64,000 bases of DNA from Podarcis muralis (lineage: Eukaryota), in NCBI RefSeq assembly GCF_964188315.1, contig NC_135667.1, forward strand, positions 25,048,001-25,112,000, given 5' to 3'. Shown here in pieces: positions 13,112-24,618 of the stretch; positions within the stretch are counted from its first letter, which is position 1; each line of letters starts with the position of its first letter. The position numbers were made by a program, and so were the translations under genes. Under the pieces are notes generated by a model. It ran no database searches and had not been told where the DNA came from. It was given only the letters and a program-made list of their open reading frames with translations.

Positions 13112-13642
13112 CCCTGGCCAGGACCGGGCTCAGGGCGGCTAACATCAGAGTATATAATACATTAAAACATAATGTAGGCCATTTCAGGAAGTTAAAATTA
13201 GTTGAATGAGTAGTTCTAATAACAAAAATGAAATTCAGAATGCCCGAAGGTGCAGCTTCAGGGTTGAGAGCAATAAAACAAGAAAGACTCACTGTGTTCT
13301 GTATAAGAATGAATGCATGGGTACTCATCTAAAGTACTGATCTGCCCCCTGTCACTATAGCAGTGTTAGTGTTGATATTTTATTCTGTTTTTAGTTTATT
13401 GCTGATTTTATTTTTTAAAATGTTTTCAATAGTTGTTTTTAACCCCTTTTACTGTTGATGTTGTTTTTTATTTTCTTCATAAACTGCTTTTTACAACCAA
13501 GTGGTGCATAAATTTGTCCCCATGAAAGAGGCAGAGTGCCATGGGGTCATGTGGGCCTTCAAAAGGCTACTCAGCTGTAAGCCTCAAAGGATAGCATGAT
13601 CTAATGGGGCTATAGTCAAGGTATTGCTCTTTGACCTTTACT

Positions 13643-13978
13643 CCTGACCATTAGGTCCAGTCGTGACCAACTCTAGGGTTGCGGTGCTCATCTCGCTTTA
13701 TTGGCCGAGGGAGCCGGCGTACAGCTTCCAGGTCATGTGGCCAGCATGACTAAGCCGCTTCTGGCGAACCAGAGCAGCGCACAGAAATGCCGTTTACCTT
13801 CCCACCGGAGCGGTACCTATTTATCTACTTGCACTTTGATGTGCTTTCGAACTGCTCGGTTGGCAGGAGCTGGGACCGATCAGCGGGAGCTCACCCTGTC
13901 GTGGGGATTTGAACCACCGACCTTCTGATCAACATGTCCTAGGCTCTGTGGTTTAACCCACAGCACCACCCATGTCCC
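13643..13978 (-). mobile_element. Sauria SINE, near full length, 3' (ACCTTT)n tail missing
   Basis: tRNA-like head GGGAC..GTGG.GCTGTGGGTTAAACC and B box GGTTCAAATCC on the minus strand; conserved body; flanking direct repeat tctttgaccttta. Confidence 0.9.
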
Positions 13979-16605
13979 TCTTCTTTGACCTTTAGAAAAG
14001 CCCTATTTGCACTTGCAGTGGTGTGAAGGGGTCTTTGTGCTTATTGTTTAGCAGCACTTTCTACAAAAACCTCATGGGACATGGTGACATTCTCTGGATT
14101 CTATGAAGTGTTGCCAGGCTCTCAGCCTGTTTGTGAAAAGCCCTGCATGGCTGCATGTGTTTGGAAGACATTTCTGTAAAGGCTGGAGTTTGAAAATGAC
14201 CCTCAACCACTTGAGATATTTAACATTTTAGGTGCAATTTCTTGCGCCCACCATCAAATTATTTTCAAAGTTTTCCTCTCTTTTGCCCCCTTCAAATATC
14301 TTCTTGTTTTGCTTCCAACAGCTCAAATTTTCAAAACCCCACCCTTTTTCTATACAATTTTTGACCCATTAAGGCTTAAGCAAATAAAAGTGCACAAATA
14401 ATCTTTGGTGGGACACCAGGGTCTTGTTAAGCCTTGTGTTTATGCCTTGTGTTTGGTGGGACACCAGCCTTGTGTTTATGCTGTGTAGACTTGATTGTGG
14501 GATGGTGACAGTGAGGGGTAAAGCACTTGGGATGCCATACTTAAACTTCTGACAGTATTTCACTGCATTTTCCTGATGTTTTATTACCTGATAATTTCCA
14601 TGTTTTATGTGATCTTTCACATGATGTAAAAGCCACATCTGAAAAACTAGCAGAATCTGGTGGAAGTTTAGCACTCATTTCCATGTTATTTGCTTCCATA
14701 AAAAATTCATTTGCAACTCTGAAATCAGAAAATCACAGGAGTTTTGTTTGTAATTTCAGGGCTTAGCTACAATTCTATTTGTCTGGGAACCACTGGATGG
14801 GGAATCCACACAGAACAGGGTGACATGTGGATAGCATAATCACATATGCAAGGCCAATCACAATCCAGCTGTCATAAATCCTGGGATTGAATTGACAATG
14901 ATGCAGAAGGGGGAAGAATGTGTGTGCCCTGAAGGGTGGCTGTGAACTAATCAAGCAAAGGAAGAAGGCTAAGTATAAGGCAGGGGAGGGGAGCAGAGCA
15001 GAGAGACTTAGTGAGATAGACCATACAGTAGGGCTGTCTTCCATCATTTTTTTGGAGTTTTTGAGAAAAAGAAAAAGTCTCAACAGCTTTTGGGGTGTCC
15101 TGGTTATTACTTTTTGAAATAAAACCAATTTTGGAAAGAGCAAAAAACGAGCACAGAACTACTGATATATCACAAATGGATTCTTTATTTACTGCATTCG
15201 CAATTATTTAAGATAAAATCTATTTTGGAAAGAAACTACTTTTGCCATTTATGGGTGTTTATTGTTTGTTTACAGATAGTTGCCTTGGTGATATTAGCTT
15301 GTGTCTCTTGCAGTAGACCAACCAACCTCTTTATTGTTTTATTGTATGTGTTTGTCAGGCAGGATAAACCCATTTCATTTCGTCAGTCACACATACGTTT
15401 GCACACTGCTGAAGACTGAAGAATCTGTTTTCCATCTCTGATTGTGTGCCAAACTAAATATAACATGGTACTTGCAATTAGCAACAGCATGAATTAGTTT
15501 GATAACAGTGAAATGGAATTAAATGTGACCTTGTACCACTCCGACCAACACTGCAAACAACAAGAGAAAGAACTGAACTCTTTCAACACACCAGGTCTAG
15601 AACAAAAATGAAGATGAAAGATTACACACATGTAATGGATTATAAATATATACGTAAGATTTAACCAAGGTTGCTGTTTGTAAGGTGAAATCGTGGACAG
15701 CTGGAAGAATGGCTTGACAACAAGTGAAGGATGTCAAGTGGAGACTAAATAAGAAAGGAAGCAGTGAAACAGTTCTAATAACATATCTTGGACATACAGT
15801 ACAATTGCATCGGAAGTGGGAAACCTGATTTTAAGAAATTGTATTAAATTAATTTGGTTTGACTGGAATAGTTTGGAAAATTAATAAAAAAAAACTAAAA
15901 AAAACAACAAAAAGACAAACCAACCACAACTAGATCAGACCCTTATGTTTGGGTGTTGACCTTTAGCCATTTGCTTCATGCTGTAGTCTTGATCAGATAT
16001 GAGTCTATGGCGCTCTTTGCATTGGGAAGAACTTTCATTGGCCCAAGTTGGTGGTGGGGTTGGGAACCAGAAAACTAGTAGGGGTGTAATGGAGTACCCT
16101 GGAATAGGGCATGGTTGGGTGATTGGCTGGAAGCCTAAACAGGAACATTCCATGCCTCAGATCCCACTTATGTTAGAAAAATGACAGTTTATCCACAACA
16201 GAAAACTGTGTTATCACAAAAAGTGGAATTGTTCCTTAATTCTTCAACTCTAAAATTAAAAATTATCAGGAAAACTTTCAAAGAATTCACAGCTGGCTCT
16301 AGAGAGCTAAATGTGTTTGTAGAAAAAAAATACTGTTGGAGATCTATAGATCATATTTAAAGTACAATTTGAAACATTAAACACAGTTACATTATTTTCA
16401 TTAGCCTAGGAAAACAGCTTCTAGCGATGGTTAATTTTCTCCTTCCAGTAATAACGTATTATAGTTTTCAGGGGCTTTTTTAGATTACCAATTATAGAAA
16501 TTGTTAATAACTACCATATTTGTAGGCTACTGTTTCCAAACAAGCTCAAATAGTCATGAGTGGATAGTTTTTGTAGCAACTTACTGATCTGGCAGTTGGC
16601 AGTTG

Positions 16606-16851
16606 CCTGCCAACCTAGCAGTTCGAAAGCACCTCCAGGTGCAAGTAGATAAATAGGGACCGCTTACCAGCGGGAAGGTAAACGGCGTTCTGTGTGCTGC
16701 GCTGGCTCGCCAGATGCAGCTTGTCACGCTGGCCACGTGACCCAGAAGTGTCTGCGGACAGCGCTGGCTCCCGGCCTATAGAGTGAGATGAGCGCACAAC
16801 CCTAGAGTCTGGCAAGACTGGCCCGAACGGGCAGGGGTACCTTTACCTTTA
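16606..16851 (+). mobile_element. 5'-truncated Sauria SINE (second subfamily) with ACCTTT tail
   Basis: Ends ggggtacctttaccttta; TSD ttactgatctgg on both sides; empty site at the paralogous position ~27147 in copy B. Confidence 0.9.
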
Positions 16852-16892
16852 CTGATCTGGAGGTGAAAGATAGTGGCTGTTCAAAGCATATA

Positions 16893-17071
16893 CTCTCACA
16901 CCACACCAAGGCAATAATGCTAAAGTTGCCTACCAAATAATGATAAAGTTGCCTACCAAAGCAAAAACATAGCTGATGAAGAATAAAGCGAAGAGTACAA
17001 GTTCAACCCTTTTAGTTCCAGTGAATCCTAATAGGATGAATTCAGTCACATTCTTTGCCTGTGCAATTCTT
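16893..17071 (-). pseudogene. 5' stub of an OR6M1-like gene (N-terminus to TM1 only)
   Basis: Near-identical to 6517-6671 (VTEFILLGFTGTKRVELVLFALFFISYVFALVGNF); ATG changed to AAG; internal ~23-bp duplication; truncated at the duplication junction. Confidence 0.85.
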
Positions 17072-17751
17072 TGTAATGTGCAGCTGAAAGAGTCACTTGG
17101 GATAATGGAGATACAGAAAAATAAAATGTGCACCAGAAAGTGGATGGCACATTAGTAGAAAGAGCAAGGGAAGTAGGAGAGAAAAGAGAACCATTCTGCC
17201 ACCCTCTCTCTTTGCAAATATAATTTGCACCCACAGTGTCTCATGGAATCCTAAATTTCCCATCCTTATCCTTTGCTCCCTCTTATCTTCCTTGATTTGT
17301 TTGTGAAAGTAAGAATTAAATCACGTTACCATGGATGGTCTCATTGAGATACATTGTTTTTATCTGTCTTGCCTCATTCAGAAAGCTATAGAGATTCATA
17401 CTGGAGACACACGCCTCACAGTCATATTTCCAGTTTGACAGCAATAAGTAATTTGTTCATTCAGGGTCATATTGCTTCTTTTCAAGTTTCTTTTATAACT
17501 TCATACTGTTAGTTTTGTAGGACATGGAACCATTTTAATATTTGAAGCAGTTGGAGGAGGATAATACTTAAATACCCTTTAATTTTTTTAAAAAGTTGCA
17601 GTTTAAGTATTATAAGAATTAAGCAGCCACCAACCTGTGTTATGCCCCACTCTTCTTTTCTTAATGATAGAGACTGAACCAGTACAACTCTGTTTCCTAC
17701 AGAATATATGAAAAAAATTGTTCATCATTCAGCAGGTATGCATCCGGAGGA

Positions 17752-17864
17752 CGATTTCTGTTCTCATCCTGAAGTTCTTAACCTGAAGCACTATTTCTGG
17801 GTTAGCAGAGTCTGTAACCTGAAGCATATGTAACCTGAAGCGTATGTAACCCAAGGTACCACTG
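17752..17864. mobile_element. Partial Tigger-like MITE (one end only)
   Basis: Matches the right half of 31049-31306, ending cccaaggtaccactg|ta. Confidence 0.8.
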
Positions 17865-18021
17865 TATCTACTTGCACTTTGATGTGCTTTCGAACTGCTA
17901 GGTGGGCAGGAGCAGGGACCGTACAACGGAAGCTCACCCCGTCATGGGGATTCGAACCACCAACCTTCTGATCGGCAAGCCCTAGGCTCTGTGGTTTAAC
18001 CCACAGCGCCACCCGCATCCC
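17865..18021 (-). mobile_element. 5' half of a Sauria SINE
   Basis: tatctacttgcactttg...ggattcgaacc...acagcgccacccgcatccc is the reverse complement of the SINE head. Confidence 0.88.
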
Positions 18022-19114
18022 TTTTTTTAACTTAGGGAAAGGCAAAAAACAGCAACAATTGAGTTAATGAAGGCCAAAAATTTAAACCTCAGTTTGTTTT
18101 GGTAGGGTACATTCTTTTCTGTATGGGGTCACCCTCGCCCTGAAGTTGCAGTTGTGCTCCTTACAGGTACACTTGGATCAATTACTGTCCTTAGATGCAC
18201 AAATGGCATGTGTTTTGTGGAGTGCTTTCTGGATGGGCATAGACTGACTTCAATGTTCTGTGCTCTGATAAACCCTAGGCTAGATTACAGCAGCTGCGTT
18301 ACACACGGAACTGCCTTTAAACATAAGAGTATATGAAGCATGTGCTGGATAAGGCCAAAGTCCTATCTCATCTAGCATTCTGTTCTCCCATGGCCAAGCA
18401 GATGCCGATGAGAAGCTCACAAGCAGAAACTGAGTACAGAGCACTCCCTGGTCTATGATTCCCAGCCAGAGGCATAAAGTCTCTGATAGTGAAGACCATT
18501 GATGGTGTAGAAGCTGCAGCAAATGCATAATAAAGCAGGTGGATTTCTGATGGCCTCTAGGCAGCCAAAACATCAACTTTCTTCTTTGTTTTTCTTCAAA
18601 TCACTTTTGGAGGAGTCAAATTTGGAGAAGCAATCATGTAATTGGTCCACTGATGTAACTTTCCTTACATAATGATACCTCTGAAACCTTTCTAGGAAGA
18701 GCTAAAGCAGTAGCAGTTGAAGACCCAAGAGATGTTACGGTCTCTTGCTAAATTAAATTTAGGCAACAGCTTCAAAGACCACATGGGGAAGCCAGAGTTG
18801 ACTGCATTTAATCACAGAAGTAGGCTAATGTTCTCTCCTACTTATTACAGTACCAGTGATCACATCAAAGCTGTAAGTACATTAGATTTATGAAGGTCTT
18901 GGTGAAATAGAATCTCAGATCTTGGACACATCAGGTATTTATGGTGCACTTTTTATTTTATTTTATTTTAAACATGTATCAATTCAAGAGGTTCAGGCTT
19001 GCTTCTCAGACAATGGTATGACAACTAAAGTGAAGCATTTTGTTTTAATGGCACATTTCAGGTTCTACCATTGACATTATGGGACTTTAATTTGCTTCCT
19101 TCAGACTAGATTCC

Positions 19115-19131
19115 CTATCTATCTATCTATC

Positions 19132-19178
<47 letters not shown>

Positions 19179-19190
19179 ATCTATCTATCT
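19115..19190. repeat. (CTAT)n microsatellite
   Basis: Direct tetranucleotide tract with two interruptions. Confidence 0.95.
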
Positions 19191-19776
19191 GAATTGTGTC
19201 TACTTAAACACGTTTAGTGTGAATGCCACAGAAAGTCCTGTGAGATTGGGCAATGACTTTTAGATTCAATAATTCATTAAAAATGATTGGACAAACAATG
19301 AGGGCAGGTCAACATACCAACTGAAACATCTATGTACAGATGCATTGTACTGCTAAATAATACATGGGGGACATAACATATAGGATAAACAGTAAATTTT
19401 CATATGTGTTGAATATATTTTTGTTTTGTTTTGGGGGAAACTAGGCTTGTCTGCTGCATAATTGCCTTCCAAAGAAGGTACATATCCTTTGCTAAAAGGC
19501 ATTAGACCACTTCTAATTGCTTCTTTGTTGAAACCTTTGTTGTTGTTCTAAATAGTCACATCTTAGTGGACACAATCCCACTGATTCCAGTGTCAACACA
19601 GAAAAGCAAAGTGGGAGAGCTGCTTTGCAGCCCCTTAAATGGAATCCATCTGTCTCTTCTACAACAAGCACAGATAACTCAAGAAACACGGTGGTGGTGG
19701 TTGTTAATTTATTCCCCACCCATCTGGCTTGGTTTCGCCAGTCACTCTGGTGGCTCCCAGCAGAATAGTAAAAACA

Positions 19777-19823
19777 ATATTATATTATATTATATTATAT
19801 TATATTATATTATATTATATTAT
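19777..19823. repeat. (ATATT)n microsatellite
   Basis: About 9 units; only a short seed exists at the copy A position (~10887). Confidence 0.9.
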
Positions 19824-21175
19824 TATTTTGTTATATCTCAGGCTATTCCTAATAATGAAGAGCAAGGAGGTGGGGAAGTGAAGAGAGATACATAGATGTC
19901 CAGATTAGAAGAACAGCATGGAAAGCAGAGTGTGATTAAAATGGAAGCAAAGGTATAGAAATTACCATTTGATAGATGTAATCTGCATATGGTTGGAAAC
20001 TATTGAGCCCAACTGTACTCCCTCAGTGTTCTTATTACTGACATGCATGTTGCTGCACAGCAGGTAATGTTAGCCTTCTTATGTACGAGAATTAATTTTC
20101 AGGTCAGGAGTTTAATTTTTAGGGTGCAAGCAGAGGCAGTTCTAAGGAAGCGTGACTGGTTCAGCCACATCAGGTACGGAGCATCTAGGGTGTCACATCA
20201 GATACCACCACTATTATGCACAATGGAAGGCAAGAGGCAGGTGCGCGTGCTGGATTTTGATGTCGCACAGGGTGCCACTGATGCAAGGTCTGAATATAAA
20301 ACACGGAGGCAAGCTGAGTCAGTAAAACACACTCCCTTTAAAAAGTTGTGCACTTGTTTCAATTAAATGTCACAATTATTTTAAAGACATTTTGCAATGT
20401 CTTTCCCATTAACTGGGGGAACGACCACTATGGTCTGTGCAGAATTCATCTTAGTTCCGGTTGATTGGATCATCACCTAACACATGGCACAGCCATTTAC
20501 CAATGGTGAATTCTCATGCCTGTGTTGAAACCTCTACAAACTGTGATACAGTGTTGTGAGTTTCACTACCACACATGCAGTCAAGCACATCAGCCACCAC
20601 TGATGTGGAGCATTGCTGGGGAAACTCATAACATGATGGTGCTCTGTCACATAGAGAATGCTTAGGGAAGAGTGGCAGATCAATGGTTCTTGTGGTTGAG
20701 CACATGTAACACATGCCAAAGAAACCACAGATTTATTCTTTGTAATCTCTAGTTAAAATATCCCAGGTGGATTTTTAATTTTTTTTAGCATGATGGTGGT
20801 AAATTCTTTCTGCAGAGTTTCTGGCATTCAGAGTAGACAATATTAAACTAGATGGATAAACATAAGATCACAGGAGGGCATAAGAAGGCACTGCTGAATC
20901 AGGCTCATGGCCAGTCAAGCCCAGTATTCTGCTTTCCAGTCACAGCAGACAAGCAGGTGCCTACAGGAAGTCCAAAAGCAGGACACACATAAGCTTTTTT
21001 AGGACCAAATTTAAGTTCCTGAAATTTTTCACAAGGTAAAGCGACCAAAAATAGAATCACCCATACACTTTGAACATTGTGAAGAAATAAAGTGATAACC
21101 AAATGAAAATGTGGAGAAAATGAAATGAAAAAAATATTATTTCCTCCCTCCAGATATTTGTCACAAGTCTACAGA

Positions 21176-22126
21176 ATGGCGGTGGATAACTTCACAAGCA
21201 GAGTTACAGAATTTGTATTAGTAGGAATGTCACAAAATTCAGAATTTGAACAGTTTTTATTTTTTCTGTTCCTGACAGTTTATATAGCTACTTGGTTAGG
21301 GAATGTCACCATTATAATCACTGTAATATCAGACCCCCATCTCCACATGCCCTTATATATTTTCCTGGCCCACTTGGCTTTTCTGGATGTTAGTGAATCT
21401 ACAGTAACTGCACCTAAATTGCTACAAATGCTCATTTCCAAGAACAAAACCATCTCTTTCCATGGATGTTTGACACAGATTTTCTTTTTTCACTTCATTG
21501 GGGGTACTGTCGCTTTCTCTCTTACAACGATGGCAGTTGATCGATATCTAGCTATTCACAAGCCATTGCAATACATGATCATCATGAACAAGAAAACCTG
21601 CTTTGGGATCATTTTGTGTGCATGGCTAGGTGGCTCCATTCACTCCATGGTCCAGGTAGCACTGATCCTGCAGTTACCATTCTGTGGTCCCAACATATTG
21701 GATAATTTCTACTGTGATGTTCCACAGGTGGTCAAATTGGCCTGCACAGACATCTATACTGTTGAACTACTTCTGGTCGTCAACAATGGACTTGGTGTGA
21801 CAGGAACCTTCATTGCTTTGCTGATTTCATACATCATCATCTTGTTCAAGATAAGAAATCACGTCTCAGAAGGGAAGCACAAAGCTCTTTCAACATGTGC
21901 AGCCCAGATCACAGTAGTGAGTTTACACTTCATCCCATGTATCTATATTTATGACCAGCCCTTCAAGACATTTACAGAAAATAAGGTGGTCTCCATCCTC
22001 TACACAGTTATCAGCCCAGTGCTGAATCCAATCATTTACACATTAAGAAATACAGAGATGAAAAATGCTATAAGGAGGCTAGTGAGGAAAGTGCTGAGGT
22101 TTTATCAGAAAGATTCAAAACTGTAA
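21176..22126 (+). CDS. Olfactory receptor, OR4D5-like duplicate, intact, 316 aa
   Basis: ATG at 21176 follows the same acceptor as in the 11571 gene; about 17 aa differences from it; all motifs present. Confidence 0.93.
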   Translation: MAVDNFTSRVTEFVLVGMSQNSEFEQFLFFLFLTVYIATWLGNVTIIITVISDPHLHMPLYIFLAHLAFLDVSESTVTAPKLLQMLISKNKTISFHGCLTQIFFFHFIGGTVAFSLTTMAVDRYLAIHKPLQYMIIMNKKTCFGIILCAWLGGSIHSMVQVALILQLPFCGPNILDNFYCDVPQVVKLACTDIYTVELLLVVNNGLGVTGTFIALLISYIIILFKIRNHVSEGKHKALSTCAAQITVVSLHFIPCIYIYDQPFKTFTENKVVSILYTVISPVLNPIIYTLRNTEMKNAIRRLVRKVLRFYQKDSKL

Positions 22127-22187
22127 ATGTTATTTTTATGTATATTGATTATTATTTAATCATCCTTTAGTGAAGAAATTACAAAAA

Positions 22188-22383
22188 NNNNNNNNNNNNN
22201 NNNNNNNNNNNNNNNNNNNNNNNNNNNNNNNNNNNNNNNNNNNNNNNNNNNNNNNNNNNNNNNNNNNNNNNNNNNNNNNNNNNNNNNNNNNNNNNNNNNN
22301 NNNNNNNNNNNNNNNNNNNNNNNNNNNNNNNNNNNNNNNNNNNNNNNNNNNNNNNNNNNNNNNNNNNNNNNNNNNNNNNNNNN
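22188..22383. other. Assembly gap (N run)
   Basis: 196 N; the equivalent stretch in copy A is ~50 bp and contains an ATATT seed. Confidence 0.99.
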
Positions 22384-22735
22384 GGAAAAGAGAACTGCAT
22401 TTACCTGGCACTGAAGTTATGAGAAGTGCGGTTTTCTGGGGAAAGCATTTTTTAAAAAATAATAATAATGAGATACAATGACCAAAAGGGCCTGTTCTCT
22501 TGTCACCACCTTCTGGACCTACCTCAATAGTGGCACAAAGAGAAGGGTTTCTCATGATGATGTCACAGTCCGAGTAGTTTTACATAGGGAAAGTCAGTCC
22601 TTGGGGTCCTGGGCCACATAAGGCTTTTAATATCTAAACACCTCAAATTTGGCATGGAAACAAATGGGCTGCCAGTGTATAGGCAGGCCGTAAATTATAT
22701 TTACAGTTAAGGACATGATGAGTTGGACTTATGTA

Positions 22736-22783
<48 letters not shown>

Positions 22784-22829
22784 TATATCCCACGCTCCCC
22801 AGCCATGACCAGGCTAAGGGCGGCTAACA
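22736..22829 (-). mobile_element. (ATT)n tract with adjoining short LINE-type 3' end
   Basis: (ATT)~16 followed by tatatcccacgctcccc...agggcggctaaca, similar in style to the L2 tail at 30330-30410. Confidence 0.55.
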
Positions 22830-23358
22830 TCACAGTATATAATACATTAAAACATAATGTAGGCCCTTACAAAAGTTGAAAATAATTGAATGAGTAATTC
22901 TAAAAACAAAAATGAAATTTGAAATGCCTGAATGTGCAGCTTCAGGATTGAGAGCAATAAAACAAGAAAGACTCACTGTGTTCTGTATAAGAATGAATGC
23001 ATGGGTACTCATCTAAAGTACTGATCTGCCCCCTGTCACTATAGCAGTGTTAGTGTTGATATTTTATTCTGTTTTTAGTTTATTGCTGATTTTATTTTTA
23101 AAAATCTTTTCAATAGTTGTTTTTAACCCCTTTTAATGGGGTTAAACCCCATTAAACTGGGGTTAAACAATTTTGTTGTTTTATTTTCTTCATAAACTGC
23201 TTTTTACAACCAAGTGGTGCGTAAATCTGTTGCCATGAAAGAGGCAGGGTGCCACAGGGTCATGAGGACCTTCTTCAAAAGGTTACTCAGCTGTAAGCCT
23301 CAAGGGATTGCATGATCTAATGGGGTTATAGTAAAGGTACAGCTCTTTGACCTTTACT

Positions 23359-23470
23359 CCTGACCATTAGGTCCAGTCGTGACCGACTCTGGGATTGCGG
23401 TGCTCATCTCGCTTTATTGGCCGAGGGAGCCGGCGTACAGCTTCCGGGTCCTGTGGCCAGCATGACTAAG
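23359..23470 (-). mobile_element. 3' portion of a Sauria SINE at the same site as 13643
   Basis: Same left junction (gacctttactcctgaccattagg) as copy A; stops at catgactaag. Confidence 0.88.
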
Positions 23471-23834
23471 GCATTGCTCTCTGAGCTTTAGAAAACCTTA
23501 TTTGCACTTGCAGTGGTGTGGAGGGGTCTTTGTGCTTATTGTTTAGCAGCACTTTCTACAAAAACCCCATGGTGACATTCTCTGGATTATATGAAGTGTT
23601 GCCAGGCTCTCAGCCTCTTTGTGAACAGCCCTGCGTGGTTGCACATGTTTGGAAGACATTTTTTATAAAGGTTGGAGTTTGAAAATGACCCTCCACCACT
23701 TGAGATATTTACCATGACAAGTGCAATTTCTTGCCCCCACCATCAAATTATTTCCAAAGTTTCCCTCTCTTTGGCCCCCTTCAAATATCTCCTTGTTTTG
23801 CTGCCAAAGCATGTTCTCCTTCATGGAGAGCATG

Positions 23835-24618
23835 TGTTGCGGTGGGGGCCGCCAGGACACTCTAAAGTTGGGGGTCGGGCTAATTGATTGTTGGCCACTG
23901 ATGCAATTGGGACTTCCCTTGTTGTTGGGAAGAAGTTAATGTTGCCATTTATTGATTGACAGCCAGAAATACTAAAACTCCTTGCACGGGGCTAGGGCTT
24001 CCTCTTTTCGCCCGTGCATCGGATTGCCCCTCCCTCCCTCCCAGAATAGGGTTGTTCGCTTTGACCTTGTATGCCTGTCATGGGGTCGTCTGCTTTGGAG
24101 TGGGGGCCTGGTAGGAATTTTGTCCATCTGGCTGATTGGCTGTGGCCATTTGGTTTTTGCCTACTGCGTAGCAAATCGTCACAACTTGTAAGGTTCACAG
24201 TTAGGCATTGGTTTATGGTTTGGTTGGTTGAGGGGCATGGATTGGCTGTGCCTGCCCCTCTAATGCTGCTGCTGCAAGGGATTCCGTTAAAGGAACTGGG
24301 GGCTAACTACTGCTTGTCCACTCTGTAAAGGGGGCTCGGGCCATAGCAATGATCTCCTGGTTGCATTTGGGGTGAGGGCAGGTTCCCTGCTCCGTTGCTA
24401 CCCCCAAGTGTATTCCCCTATTCTGACTTTCGCATTGTGTGGAATGTCAGCCTGTCCCCCATGGTGGGGGCAGATAGTCGCAACCAATGCCTAAGCAACC
24501 ACTCACAAATTTGTATTTTAATAAAGTTGTGGCCAAAATTATGCCAAAAATCTTAAACAAAAAATTCTGTGTGTTGTGTGAGTTATTGGGGTGGACCTGA
24601 GGACCTCGGCACGCAACA
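23835..24618 (+). mobile_element. Solo-LTR-like element, 784 bp, class uncertain
   Basis: 7-bp terminal inverted repeat TGTTGCG...CGCAACA; AATAAA near the 3' end (aataaagttgtggcc); absent from copy A; no clear TSD. Confidence 0.6.

Larger units (their letters stand above)
6517..16894. repeat. Tandem segmental duplication, copy A (~10.4 kb)
   Basis: Colinear homology with 16893-27192 (e.g. 9000~18025, 11571~21176, 14360~24660, 16580~27140), with lineage-specific indels. Confidence 0.85.

Noticed and set aside
12885-22555. ORFs containing runs of X
   Set aside because: Artefacts of translation through N gaps
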